Positions 22,241 to 30,305 of a DNA stretch of 64,000 bases are shown here, piece by piece. Both the position numbers and the translations under genes were made by a program. The number at the start of each line of letters is the position of its first letter. Position 1 is the first letter of the stretch. A model generated the notes under the pieces. The model had not been told where the DNA came from. It ran no database searches and worked only from the letters and a program-made list of their open reading frames with translations. Source of the DNA: an uncultured Actinomycetes bacterium (GTDB lineage: Bacteria > Actinomycetota > UBA4738 > JBBDTT01); assembly GCA_963742735.1 (NCBI GenBank), contig CAVUMN010000003.1:768001-832000 (forward strand), in the 5' to 3' direction.

Positions 22241-23047
22241 CAACATCTGGGGTGAGGCGGGAGAAATCCCGTTCCAAGTATCGGCTTATAACGGCGAACC
22301 CCTAGCTGTCAGAGGCTCTCTCTACAGTGGGCAACGCCGTGGGAAGTCTGTCGGGAGTGCAGCGAGAGATCGTCATCGGGAGCTTGCTCGGCGATGGCGG
22401 GATGCGCTGCAAGACCAACGCGCTTCTCGAGATCAATCATTCCTTCCGCCAGCGAAGCTACGTCGACTGGAAGTACAGCCGGCTGGCCGAGCTGGTAGCC
22501 ACGCCACCCAAGGTGCGACGTGGGAACGGCGGCAGGATCGCGTATCGATTCACGACGCGAAACCTGCCGGCGCTGACTCCCTACTTCGAGCTCTTCTACG
22601 GAGAAGGAAGCAAGCGCGTTCCATTCGTGGAACTCGCCCCGCTCACCCTTGCGGTGTGGTTCATGGACGATGGTTCGAGATCGAGAAACGCGGTGTATCT
22701 GAACACTCAACAGTTCGACGAGGCGAGTCAGATCCGTCTCCTCGAGCTTCTGCGGGAACAGTGGGGGATCGAAGGATCGCTCAATCGGGACAAGACCTAT
22801 CACCGGATTCGCATCTCGGTGACGGGGACGGCCCGGCTGGGCGAGATCGTCGGCCCGCATCTGCTTCCCGAGCTCAGATACAAGCTCCCGCAAGTGACCC
22901 CGTAACGACTGAGGCCGCGGCCTCGGTGGCGGACCACTGCCTGGTACTCCCAGGCAAATCTACGGCCGCCACAACACGCCGACCCCTCGCCTTTGGTCAG
23001 GCAGGGTGAAGACATAGTCTGCGCCACTGGTAACAGTGGATCCCGTG
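22241..23047 (+). mobile_element. Group I intron at 23S position L2500 (probably subgroup IA)
   Basis: Splits GGCACCT^CGATGTCGG; exon U and terminal G; IGS GGGGTG 22249-22254; P3, P4, P7, P8, P9 pairings; S element AAGACATAGTC 23009-23019. Confidence 0.95.
22327..22905 (+). CDS. Two-motif LAGLIDADG homing endonuclease (I-SceI-like, LAGLIDADG_2)
   Basis: IVIGSLLGDG and LAVWFMDDG motifs; lies inside the intron. Confidence 0.92.
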   Translation: MGNAVGSLSGVQREIVIGSLLGDGGMRCKTNALLEINHSFRQRSYVDWKYSRLAELVATPPKVRRGNGGRIAYRFTTRNLPALTPYFELFYGEGSKRVPFVELAPLTLAVWFMDDGSRSRNAVYLNTQQFDEASQIRLLELLREQWGIEGSLNRDKTYHRIRISVTGTARLGEIVGPHLLPELRYKLPQVTP

Positions 23048-23063
23048 CGATGTCGGCTCGTCG

Positions 23064-23114
<51 letters not shown>

Positions 23115-23133
23115 CGGTACGCGAGCTGGGTTT

Positions 23134-23164
<31 letters not shown>

Positions 23165-23283
23165 TCCGTGGGCGTAGGAAACTTGAGGGGAGCTGTCCCT
23201 AGTACGAGAGGACCGGGACGGACGCACCTCTGGTGTGCCAGTTGTCGCGCCAGCGGCACGGCTGGTTAGCCACGTGCGGAAGA

Positions 23284-23314
<31 letters not shown>

Positions 23315-23509
23315 TTGCCCCGAGATGAGGTTTCCCATCCCTTTGTGGAGTAAGGCCCCTCGCAGACTACGAGGTTGATAGGCCGGAGGTGTACGCACGG
23401 CAACGTGTTCAGCCGACCGGTACTAATAGGCCGAGGACTTGACTTTGCTCGCGCTCGCTATGCGGTTCATCCAAGGTAACCGCTCGCACACCTCGCAAGA
23501 TCCGAGGTT

Positions 23510-23627
23510 TCTCGGTGACCATAGCGGAGGGGTCACACCCGGTCCCATCCCGAACCCGGAAGTTAAGCCCTCCTGCGCCGATGGTACTGCCCTGGAGACG
23601 GGGTGGGAGAGTAGGTCGTCGCCGGGA
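23510..23627 (+). rRNA. rrf: 5S rRNA
   Basis: CCCATCCCGAACCCGGAAGTTAAG, GATGGTACTG, GAGAGTAGGTCGTCGCCG; terminal helix pairs. Confidence 0.97.
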
Positions 23628-23636
23628 TTATTCGCA

Positions 23637-23670
23637 CGAGAGCCGCCTTTCGAGGCGGCTCTCGGCGTTT
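23637..23670 (+). terminator. rrn terminator hairpin
   Basis: CGAGAGCCGCCT-TTCG-AGGCGGCTCTCG, 12-bp stem, weak U tail. Confidence 0.75.
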
Positions 23671-23695
23671 GGGGCCCCTTCTGTACTCTCTGCGC

Positions 23696-24634
23696 ATGGC
23701 CGGTCGCAGGTACCAACCCACTCGAGGCGCTCGCGGTCCGTCGCGCCGTCCGCCGGCGGGGCGTGACCCGCGCAAGCGGCTCGTCCAGCAGGTGGAGCGG
23801 TCCGCCAAGCCGGGGTTGGGGCGCCAGGCCGGCGAGCTCGTGGAGAAGGCCGTCGACAAGCTCGGGCGGGGCGACCCGAAGGCCGCCCTCGAGCCCGCGG
23901 TCCGGGCCCGCGAGCTGGCCCCCCGGGCGCCGGCCGCGCGCGAGGTTCTGGGTATGGCCCTGTACGCCCTCGGCCGTTACCAGGAGGCACTCCGCGAGCT
24001 CCAGGCGTACCGGCGGATCACCGGCCGGGCCGACCAGAACCACCTGATCGCCGACTGCTTCCGAGCGCTTGGCGCACCGGAGAAGGCCGTGCCCATCGCC
24101 GAGGAGGCCATGCGCGCACAGATCGCCGAGGAGCCGCGGGCCGAGGCCACGGTCGTGGGGGCCTCCGCCCTGGCCGATCTCGGTCGCTACGCCGAGGCCC
24201 TCGCCCTGCTGCATCGCTGGCGGCCCGACCCCACGAAGGGCACGCGCTCCTGGGACCTGCGGGTCCGCTACGTGCTGGCCGACGTCCTGGAGAAGCTCGG
24301 CCGAACCGACGACGCCCGCGAGGCGTTCGAGGGCATCCTTCGCCACGACACCGACGCGTTCGACGTCCATGACCGCCTCGCGGCGCTGCCGGCGCCTCCG
24401 CGCGCGGCCGCCCCCGACCGCCCCGCCCGCGCGAAGGGCAAGGCGGCGGCCGGGAAGGGGGCCGCCGCCGCGAGGAAGCCCGTCGCGCCCAAGAAGCCGG
24501 TGGCTCGGAAGAAGCCGGTGGCCAGGACGAAGCCCGTCGCGCGGAAGAAACCCGTCGCGCGCAAGAAGCCGGCGGTCAGGAAGACGATGGCGGCTCGGAA
24601 GCCGTCGCCGCGCGGGCGCGGACGTAGCGGCTGA
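23696..24634 (+). CDS. TPR protein with a histone-like Lys/Arg-rich tail
   Basis: TPR helices; position matches the conserved actinobacterial TPR gene after tyrS/rrn; ARKKPV repeats. Confidence 0.85.
   Translation: MAGRRYQPTRGARGPSRRPPAGRDPRKRLVQQVERSAKPGLGRQAGELVEKAVDKLGRGDPKAALEPAVRARELAPRAPAAREVLGMALYALGRYQEALRELQAYRRITGRADQNHLIADCFRALGAPEKAVPIAEEAMRAQIAEEPRAEATVVGASALADLGRYAEALALLHRWRPDPTKGTRSWDLRVRYVLADVLEKLGRTDDAREAFEGILRHDTDAFDVHDRLAALPAPPRAAAPDRPARAKGKAAAGKGAAAARKPVAPKKPVARKKPVARTKPVARKKPVARKKPAVRKTMAARKPSPRGRGRSG
24470..24603 (+). repeat. Degenerate 18-bp coding tandem repeat (ARKKPV-like units)
   Basis: ARKPVAPKKPVARKKPVARTKPVARKKPVARKKPAVRK. Confidence 0.85.
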
Positions 24635-25538
24635 GGCCCATCGCGTTCATCCGGACCGAGGACAGCAGCTCGTAGCGCTCGATCAGCCACGGGTCGCGCT
24701 TGCGCGGATTGAACTCGCTCGCGACGCGAACCTCCAGGAGCTCCGTGATCCGGTCGAGGTCCGCCTCGGGCTCCTCCGCCAGGATCTCCTCCACCACCCA
24801 CGTCCACTTGCGCAGTCGATGCTCGGCCAGCTCGCACAGATGGTCGACCTGGGCGGCCGGGCCGAAGTGGCTGAACAGCAGCGCGCTCGGCTTGCGGTCG
24901 CGGATCCGGTGGACGCTCTGTACGGCGAGGTCCAGGTCGAACTCGGGGGGCGGCGTGGCCGGACGCAGGATGCCCACGTCGGACAGGAACACGCCGAGGG
25001 CGTCGCCGGTGAACAGGGCCTGTGTGTCGGAATCCACGAGCGCTACCTGGTGCCCCGCGTGGCCCGGCGTGTACATGACATCGAGCGAGCGGTTGCCGAA
25101 CGAGATCGTGTCGCCCTCGTCGATCGAACGGAGCCGTTCGGCGGGGATGGGGACGATCGGGCCGTACAGGCGATTCAGCTCCTCCTCGCCGCCGTAGACA
25201 CGCGCCGCGCTCGCCGTGAGCTTCGCCGGGTCCACCAGATGCGGCGCGCCCCGCGCGTGGACCCACACGGTCGCCTTCGGGTAGTGCTCGATCAGCGCGC
25301 CGGCACCGCCGGCGTGGTCCAGGTGGATGTGCGTGACCACGACGTGCGCGAGGTCCTCGGGGCCGATCCCCAGCGAGTCGAGCCCCGCGCGAAGGGCGTC
25401 GACCGACGTGGTCGGGCCGGTCTCGACGATCGCCGGCTGGTCGGCGTGGATCAGGTACGCCGACGTCACCCGCTCCTGGCCGCACATGACCGTGTCGATC
25501 GCGGTGATGCCGGCCGCCGCCTCGAACGTGCTCGCCAC
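24576..25538 (-). CDS. Metallo-beta-lactamase fold hydrolase
   Basis: THIHLDHAGG, TPGHA, FTGDA, SHFG; TAGACT 7 nt before GTG. Confidence 0.92.
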   Translation of the reverse strand: MASTFEAAAGITAIDTVMCGQERVTSAYLIHADQPAIVETGPTTSVDALRAGLDSLGIGPEDLAHVVVTHIHLDHAGGAGALIEHYPKATVWVHARGAPHLVDPAKLTASAARVYGGEEELNRLYGPIVPIPAERLRSIDEGDTISFGNRSLDVMYTPGHAGHQVALVDSDTQALFTGDALGVFLSDVGILRPATPPPEFDLDLAVQSVHRIRDRKPSALLFSHFGPAAQVDHLCELAEHRLRKWTWVVEEILAEEPEADLDRITELLEVRVASEFNPRKRDPWLIERYELLSSVRMNAMGLSRYVRARAATASEPPSSS

Positions 25539-25623
25539 GGGCGGCAGTCTACCGGGGGGTCTGTCAGTGCCCCCTGATAGCGTCGAGCCGATCGACCTCC
25601 CCCGGGTGTCGAGAGGAGGAGGC

Positions 25624-25935
25624 ATGGTCACGGTCAACGTCGTGGTCCTGGCGGGAACGCTCGCCGCGGACCCGGAGGTCATCGAGCTGCCGTCGGGGGA
25701 CCTGGTGTCGAAGCTCCGGCTGCAGGTCCCGGAGACGGGCAAGCGGGTGCTGCCGCTCGCGATCTCCGCGTGGACGGCGCCCACCCGGCGCGCGTCGAAG
25801 GACCTCACCAAGGGCGACCGGGTGATGGTCCAGGGCCACCTTGAGCGTCGGTTCTACAGGAACGGCGGCGGCGCGAGCTCCATCACCGAGGTGGTCGCCA
25901 AGGAGATCCGGCGGCTCCCGGAAAACCCCGACTGA
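25624..25935 (+). CDS. Short single-stranded DNA-binding (OB-fold) protein without an acidic tail
   Basis: VNVVVLAGTLAADPE, KGDRVMVQGHLERR; SD GGAGGAGG. Confidence 0.85.
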   Translation: MVTVNVVVLAGTLAADPEVIELPSGDLVSKLRLQVPETGKRVLPLAISAWTAPTRRASKDLTKGDRVMVQGHLERRFYRNGGGASSITEVVAKEIRRLPENPD

Positions 25936-25997
25936 GCAGGGAGAAGTCGGTTCCGCGCGAATAGGAAAGGAGGCAACCGGAAGGGTAGGGTTCGCAC

Positions 25998-26486
25998 ATG
26001 GCTTTCAGAGAGGGTTCAGACACCCGGATCCGCTACGGGCGCGTGCTGGGGCTGCTGTTCATCGCGGCCGGCTTCTCCGTGATCGGCGTCGCCTGGAACG
26101 GCGCCGCGAGCGTGGCGTGCGTCGACTGTCAGTTCCCGTACCTGATCTCCGGCGGCGCGACGGGCCTGGGCCTGATCGTGCTCGGGGGGACCCTCCTGGT
26201 GATCTCGTCCCTGCGGGCCGAGCGCATGCACCTGCAGGACACGCTGGAGTCCGGCCGTGGGCTCGTGGCGGGCAACGGGGCGGAGGTCGCGGGGAGCCGT
26301 ACCGGCGCCACCTCGAACGGGAGCGTGGTCATCGGCCGCTCCACGTACCACCGCCCGGACTGCCGGCTGGTGAAGGGCAAGACCGACCTCGAGCGGGCCT
26401 CGGTCGCCGAGGCGGCGGCCAGCGGGCTGAGCGCGTGCCGGGTGTGCAACCCGGCGACGGCGGACGCGGCCTCGGCGAAGAAGTAA
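25998..26486 (+). CDS. Two-TM membrane protein with a C-terminal Ada-like metal-binding motif
   Basis: QFPYLISGG, TM helices, YHRPDC...CRVC. Confidence 0.75.
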   Translation: MAFREGSDTRIRYGRVLGLLFIAAGFSVIGVAWNGAASVACVDCQFPYLISGGATGLGLIVLGGTLLVISSLRAERMHLQDTLESGRGLVAGNGAEVAGSRTGATSNGSVVIGRSTYHRPDCRLVKGKTDLERASVAEAAASGLSACRVCNPATADAASAKK

Positions 26487-26502
26487 GCGGCGGGCCCGGC
26501 CG

Positions 26503-27219
26503 TCAGGCCGGCGTGCCCAGGTACGCCTTGCGGATGTCCTGGGTCTCCATGAGGGCCTTGCGGTCGCCCTCGTAGATGATCTGGCCCTTCTGCATGATGA
26601 ACGCGCGGTCGACCACCTTGAGGGCGCCCACGTTCTGCTCGACCAGCAGGACCGTCACCCCGTCCTCGTTGATCCGCTTCACGATCTTGAGCACGTCCTG
26701 GACGAGCTTGGGGGACAGGCCCAGGGAGGCCTCGTCGATGAGCAGGAGGCGGGGCTTGGCCATCAGGCCCCGGCCGATGGCGAGCATCTGCTGCTCGCCG
26801 CCCGACAGCGTGCCGGCCATCTGGCTGCGGCGCTCCCCGAGGACCGGGAAGTAGTCGTAGACCTGGTCGGCCCGCTCGCGCACGAACTTCGCGTTCTTGC
26901 GCTGGGGCCAGGCGCCCATCCGCAGGTTGTTCGCCACCGACAGCGCCGGGAACACGTGGCGGCCCTCGGGGACCAGCACGATGCCGAGCTTGACCAGCTC
27001 CGTCGTGTCGAGCTTGTGGATGGGCTGGTCGTCGAACCGGATGCGTCCGGCCCACGCCTTGAGCATGCCGGCGATGGACAGCACGGTGGTGGTCTTGCCG
27101 GCGCCGTTCAGGCCGAGCATCGCCGCGGTCTCGCCCTCGTTCAGGCTGAAGGACACACCGTGCAGGACCGGCGTGGCGCCGTAGCCGGTGTAGATGTCGT
27201 CGACCTCGAGCAAGGCCAT
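26503..27219 (-). CDS. Liv-type ABC transporter ATPase (LivF-like)
   Basis: GLNGAGKTT, LSGGEQQML, IDEASLGL, VEQN. Confidence 0.93.
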   Translation of the reverse strand: MALLEVDDIYTGYGATPVLHGVSFSLNEGETAAMLGLNGAGKTTTVLSIAGMLKAWAGRIRFDDQPIHKLDTTELVKLGIVLVPEGRHVFPALSVANNLRMGAWPQRKNAKFVRERADQVYDYFPVLGERRSQMAGTLSGGEQQMLAIGRGLMAKPRLLLIDEASLGLSPKLVQDVLKIVKRINEDGVTVLLVEQNVGALKVVDRAFIMQKGQIIYEGDRKALMETQDIRKAYLGTPA

Positions 27220-28004
27220 CAGTGCGCCTCCGCGTCCTCGACCTCGCCGCCCAGGTAGGCGGTGACCACCTCGGGATGGCGCTGGATCTCCTCCGGGGGC
27301 CCGTCGGCGAGCAGCTGCCCGAAGTTCAGCGCGAACACGTAGTCGCACACCTCGACCACCAGCGGCACGTGGTGCTCGATCATCAGGATGGTCAGGTTCA
27401 GCGCCGAGCGCAGGAACGTCAGCGTCTCGCCCAGCGTGTGGGCCTCCTCCGGGCTCATGCCCGAGGACGGCTCGTCCAGCAGCAGGATGTCCGGGTCGGT
27501 GGCCAGGGCCATTGCCAGGTCGCACAGCTTCTGCGTGCCGTACGGGAGCCCGCCCACGCTCTCGTAGGCCAGGTGGAGCAGACCCAGGAAGTCCAGGATC
27601 TCCTCGGCGTTGCGCCGCAGCTGGCGCTCTTCGGAGAAGGATTGCGGCGAGCCGATCATGCCGCTCAGCGGCCCGTAGGCGACGTGAGCGTGCTGCGCGG
27701 TGAGGACGTTCTCGAGGACCGTCAGGGTGCGGACCACGCCGAGGTTCTGCCACGTGCGTCCCATCCCCAGGGCGGCGCGCTTGTGGGGTGCCAGGCCGGA
27801 GACGTCCTTGCCGCGGTAGGTCACCGTGCCCCGGTCCGGCTTGTAGATCCCGGACAGGCAGTTGAACAGGGTCGTCTTGCCGGCGCCGTTCGGCCCGATC
27901 AGCCCGACGATCTCCCACTCGCCGACCTGGATGTCCACGCCGTCGAGGGCCTGCAGGCCGCCGAAGCGGATGCTCATGTCCTTGACGTCGAGGACGGAGG
28001 TCAT
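27219..28004 (-). CDS. Liv-type ABC transporter ATPase (LivG-like)
   Basis: GPNGAGKTT, LPYGTQK, LDEPSSG, IEHH, AYLG. Confidence 0.93.
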   Translation of the reverse strand: MTSVLDVKDMSIRFGGLQALDGVDIQVGEWEIVGLIGPNGAGKTTLFNCLSGIYKPDRGTVTYRGKDVSGLAPHKRAALGMGRTWQNLGVVRTLTVLENVLTAQHAHVAYGPLSGMIGSPQSFSEERQLRRNAEEILDFLGLLHLAYESVGGLPYGTQKLCDLAMALATDPDILLLDEPSSGMSPEEAHTLGETLTFLRSALNLTILMIEHHVPLVVEVCDYVFALNFGQLLADGPPEEIQRHPEVVTAYLGGEVEDAEAH

Positions 28005-29398
28005 CGCTTCCTCCGACGCGTCGATCCGCCGTTGCCCTTGGTGGCGAGCTCGGGGGCGACCGGCAGCTCGCCGGTGTCCTCGACCGCGGGTTCGGCCTTG
28101 CCGTCGCCGGCCGCCTCGGCGATCGCTGCCGGCGTCAGGGGGGCGTGATGGGTGACCGCGCGCCCCATCGCGGCCTGGGCGCGGCGCAGGTAGAGACGCA
28201 GCAGGGAGACGACGAGCACGGCCAGGACGACCCCGAGGACGACGCCGATCCCGAGCTTGAACAGCCCCGAGCCGTCGAGCAGGGCGAAGCCCAGGATCAC
28301 GCCGAGCAGCAGCGGGAACCCCGCCATCTGGCCGGCCTCGTGCGTCGACTCGACGAGCAGGCCGCCCGAGAACCACCGCCGGAACGGCAGCAGCTGCTGG
28401 CCGATGCCGCCGGGATACAGCGTGATCGTCAGCAGGAGCAGCAGCGCGCCGAACAGCGGGGACAGCGTCTGGATCAGGACCTCGCCCACCAGCGGCGCGT
28501 TGAAGAACCCGCCGCCGGCAAGGTCCTGCACCACGAACGGGAAGATCGCGAAGAACACCGACCCGGAGATGACGCCGGCGCGCGACCCCAGGCCGCCGAC
28601 CACGGACATGAGCAGCCACACGAGCGCGCCCAGGAAGAAGAACTCGTTGTTGGTGACGATCTGGATCCAGTGCGCGAACAGGGAGCCGGCGACCCCCGCC
28701 ATGAAGCCGGTGAGCATGAAGGCGAACAGCTTGTACGCGGTCACGTTGATCCCCAGGGTCGCGGCGACCCGCTCGTCGTTGCGGATCGACACGATGGCCC
28801 GGCCCATCTTCGACTTCACCAGCCGCCAGTCGACGAAGACGAAGAGGCCGAGGAAGGCGATGCACAGGTAGGCGTAGGCGTGGCTCGACTCGAACGCGGC
28901 CGGACGCGGCGCGAGGGCACCCGAGCCGCCTCCCGTGAACGCTCGCCAGTTGAAGATCGTCGTCTCGGCCATCAAGCCGAAGGAGAGCGTGATCAGTGCC
29001 AGGTAGAGACCCTTGATCCGCAGGGCGATCAGCCCAAGGACGAGGGCGAGGACCGCGCCGCTGAGACCCGCCAGGGGAAGCGCGATCTCGAACCCGAGGT
29101 TCATCTCCGTGACGACGAAGGCCGAGATGAACGCGCCGATGCCGACGAAGGCCTGATGTCCCAGCGAGATCTGCCCGGCGTGTCCGGTGAGGACGTTGAT
29201 GGAGAGCCCGATGATGCCGAAGATCGCGGCCAGGGCGATGCGGTCGTCCCACACGATGTCGCCGAGGAGCGGGGTCGCCAGGATCGCGCCGACCAGGATG
29301 ATCGAGCCGATGACCCGGGCGGCGAAGCCCCGGGAGTCCGGCCGGAACCGGACGTGGGTCGTGGCGCCCTCGGTCAGCGTCGCCGCGGCGGTCGCCAC
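28001..29398 (-). CDS. Liv-type ABC permease (LivM-like) with C-terminal extension
   Basis: GHAGQISLGHQAF, RIKGLYLALITL, GRAIVSIRNDE. Confidence 0.92.
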   Translation of the reverse strand: MATAAATLTEGATTHVRFRPDSRGFAARVIGSIILVGAILATPLLGDIVWDDRIALAAIFGIIGLSINVLTGHAGQISLGHQAFVGIGAFISAFVVTEMNLGFEIALPLAGLSGAVLALVLGLIALRIKGLYLALITLSFGLMAETTIFNWRAFTGGGSGALAPRPAAFESSHAYAYLCIAFLGLFVFVDWRLVKSKMGRAIVSIRNDERVAATLGINVTAYKLFAFMLTGFMAGVAGSLFAHWIQIVTNNEFFFLGALVWLLMSVVGGLGSRAGVISGSVFFAIFPFVVQDLAGGGFFNAPLVGEVLIQTLSPLFGALLLLLTITLYPGGIGQQLLPFRRWFSGGLLVESTHEAGQMAGFPLLLGVILGFALLDGSGLFKLGIGVVLGVVLAVLVVSLLRLYLRRAQAAMGRAVTHHAPLTPAAIAEAAGDGKAEPAVEDTGELPVAPELATKGNGGSTRRRKR

Positions 29399-29399
29399 C

Positions 29400-30272
29400 T
29401 CAGGCCTCCTTCCCCAGGAGGCCCTGGGGCCGGATCATCAGCACGAGCAGCAGCATCGCGAAGACCGCGAGGTCCGATCCGCCGGGGACGCCCAGCTGCT
29501 GGTTGAGCAGGTAGATCCCCAGCGCGTTCTGGGCCACCCCGACCATCAGGCCGCCGATGAACGCACCCGGAAGGCTGGTCATCCCGCCGAGGACGGCGGC
29601 GACGAACGCGGGCACCAGCGAAGTGGACGTCATGAACCCGGGCGTGAAGATCGTGATGGGCGCCTGGAGGATGCCGGCGATCCCGCCGAGCAACGCGGCG
29701 CCGGCCCAGATGAACCGGCTCATGCCCGGGACGCTGATGCCGACGATCTGGGTGGCCAGCGGGTCCTGCGACGTCGCCAGGATCGCCAGGCCCCGGTCGG
29801 TCCGGAAGAAGATCGCCAGCACGACGGCGAGCCCCGCCAGGGCCACGGCCACCAGGACCTGCTGGGGGATCACGCCCGCCCCGAAGATGAACAGCGGGTC
29901 GCCCTGGACCAGCGGCTCCAGGTAACGGGGCTCGGGCTTCCCGAACAGGATCGTCAACGAGATGATGAACAGGGCGACGCCCACCGTCGCCACCAGGAGC
30001 GCGATCTTCGACGCGTTCAGGAGCGGACGGATGACCAGCCGCTCCACGATCAGGCCCAGCGCCACCGCGGCCACCAGCCCGATCGCCACCGCCACCAGGT
30101 AGGGGAGCTTGATGTTCTGATACATCGCCCACGTGGTGTAGGCCGCGACGGTGCCGAACTCGCCCTGGGCGAAGTTGAAGACCCGCGTGCCCTTGTAGAC
30201 GAGGACCAGGCCGACCGCCAGCAGGCCGTACACCGCACCCTGGAACAGCCCGATGATCGTGAACTTCAGCAC
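29400..30272 (-). CDS. Liv-type ABC permease (LivH-like)
   Basis: YGLLAVGLVLVY...NFAQGE, AAVLGG, IRPQGLLG. Confidence 0.93.
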   Translation of the reverse strand: MLKFTIIGLFQGAVYGLLAVGLVLVYKGTRVFNFAQGEFGTVAAYTTWAMYQNIKLPYLVAVAIGLVAAVALGLIVERLVIRPLLNASKIALLVATVGVALFIISLTILFGKPEPRYLEPLVQGDPLFIFGAGVIPQQVLVAVALAGLAVVLAIFFRTDRGLAILATSQDPLATQIVGISVPGMSRFIWAGAALLGGIAGILQAPITIFTPGFMTSTSLVPAFVAAVLGGMTSLPGAFIGGLMVGVAQNALGIYLLNQQLGVPGGSDLAVFAMLLLVLMIRPQGLLGKEA

Positions 30273-30305
30273 GGTGCCGGGCCCTCCCCGCCGGGTGCCA
30301 CTACG

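Noticed and set aside
22309-22893. 194-aa antisense ORF within the intron
   Set aside because: Mirror of the endonuclease ORF with no recognisable motifs
24470-24603. Periodic repeat as a CRISPR array
   Set aside because: Contiguous degenerate in-frame coding repeat with no spacers and no cas genes
25564-25593. Third sigma28-like promoter before the short SSB (TCAG...GCCGATCG)
   Set aside because: 18-nt spacer and weaker -10 match; insufficient support
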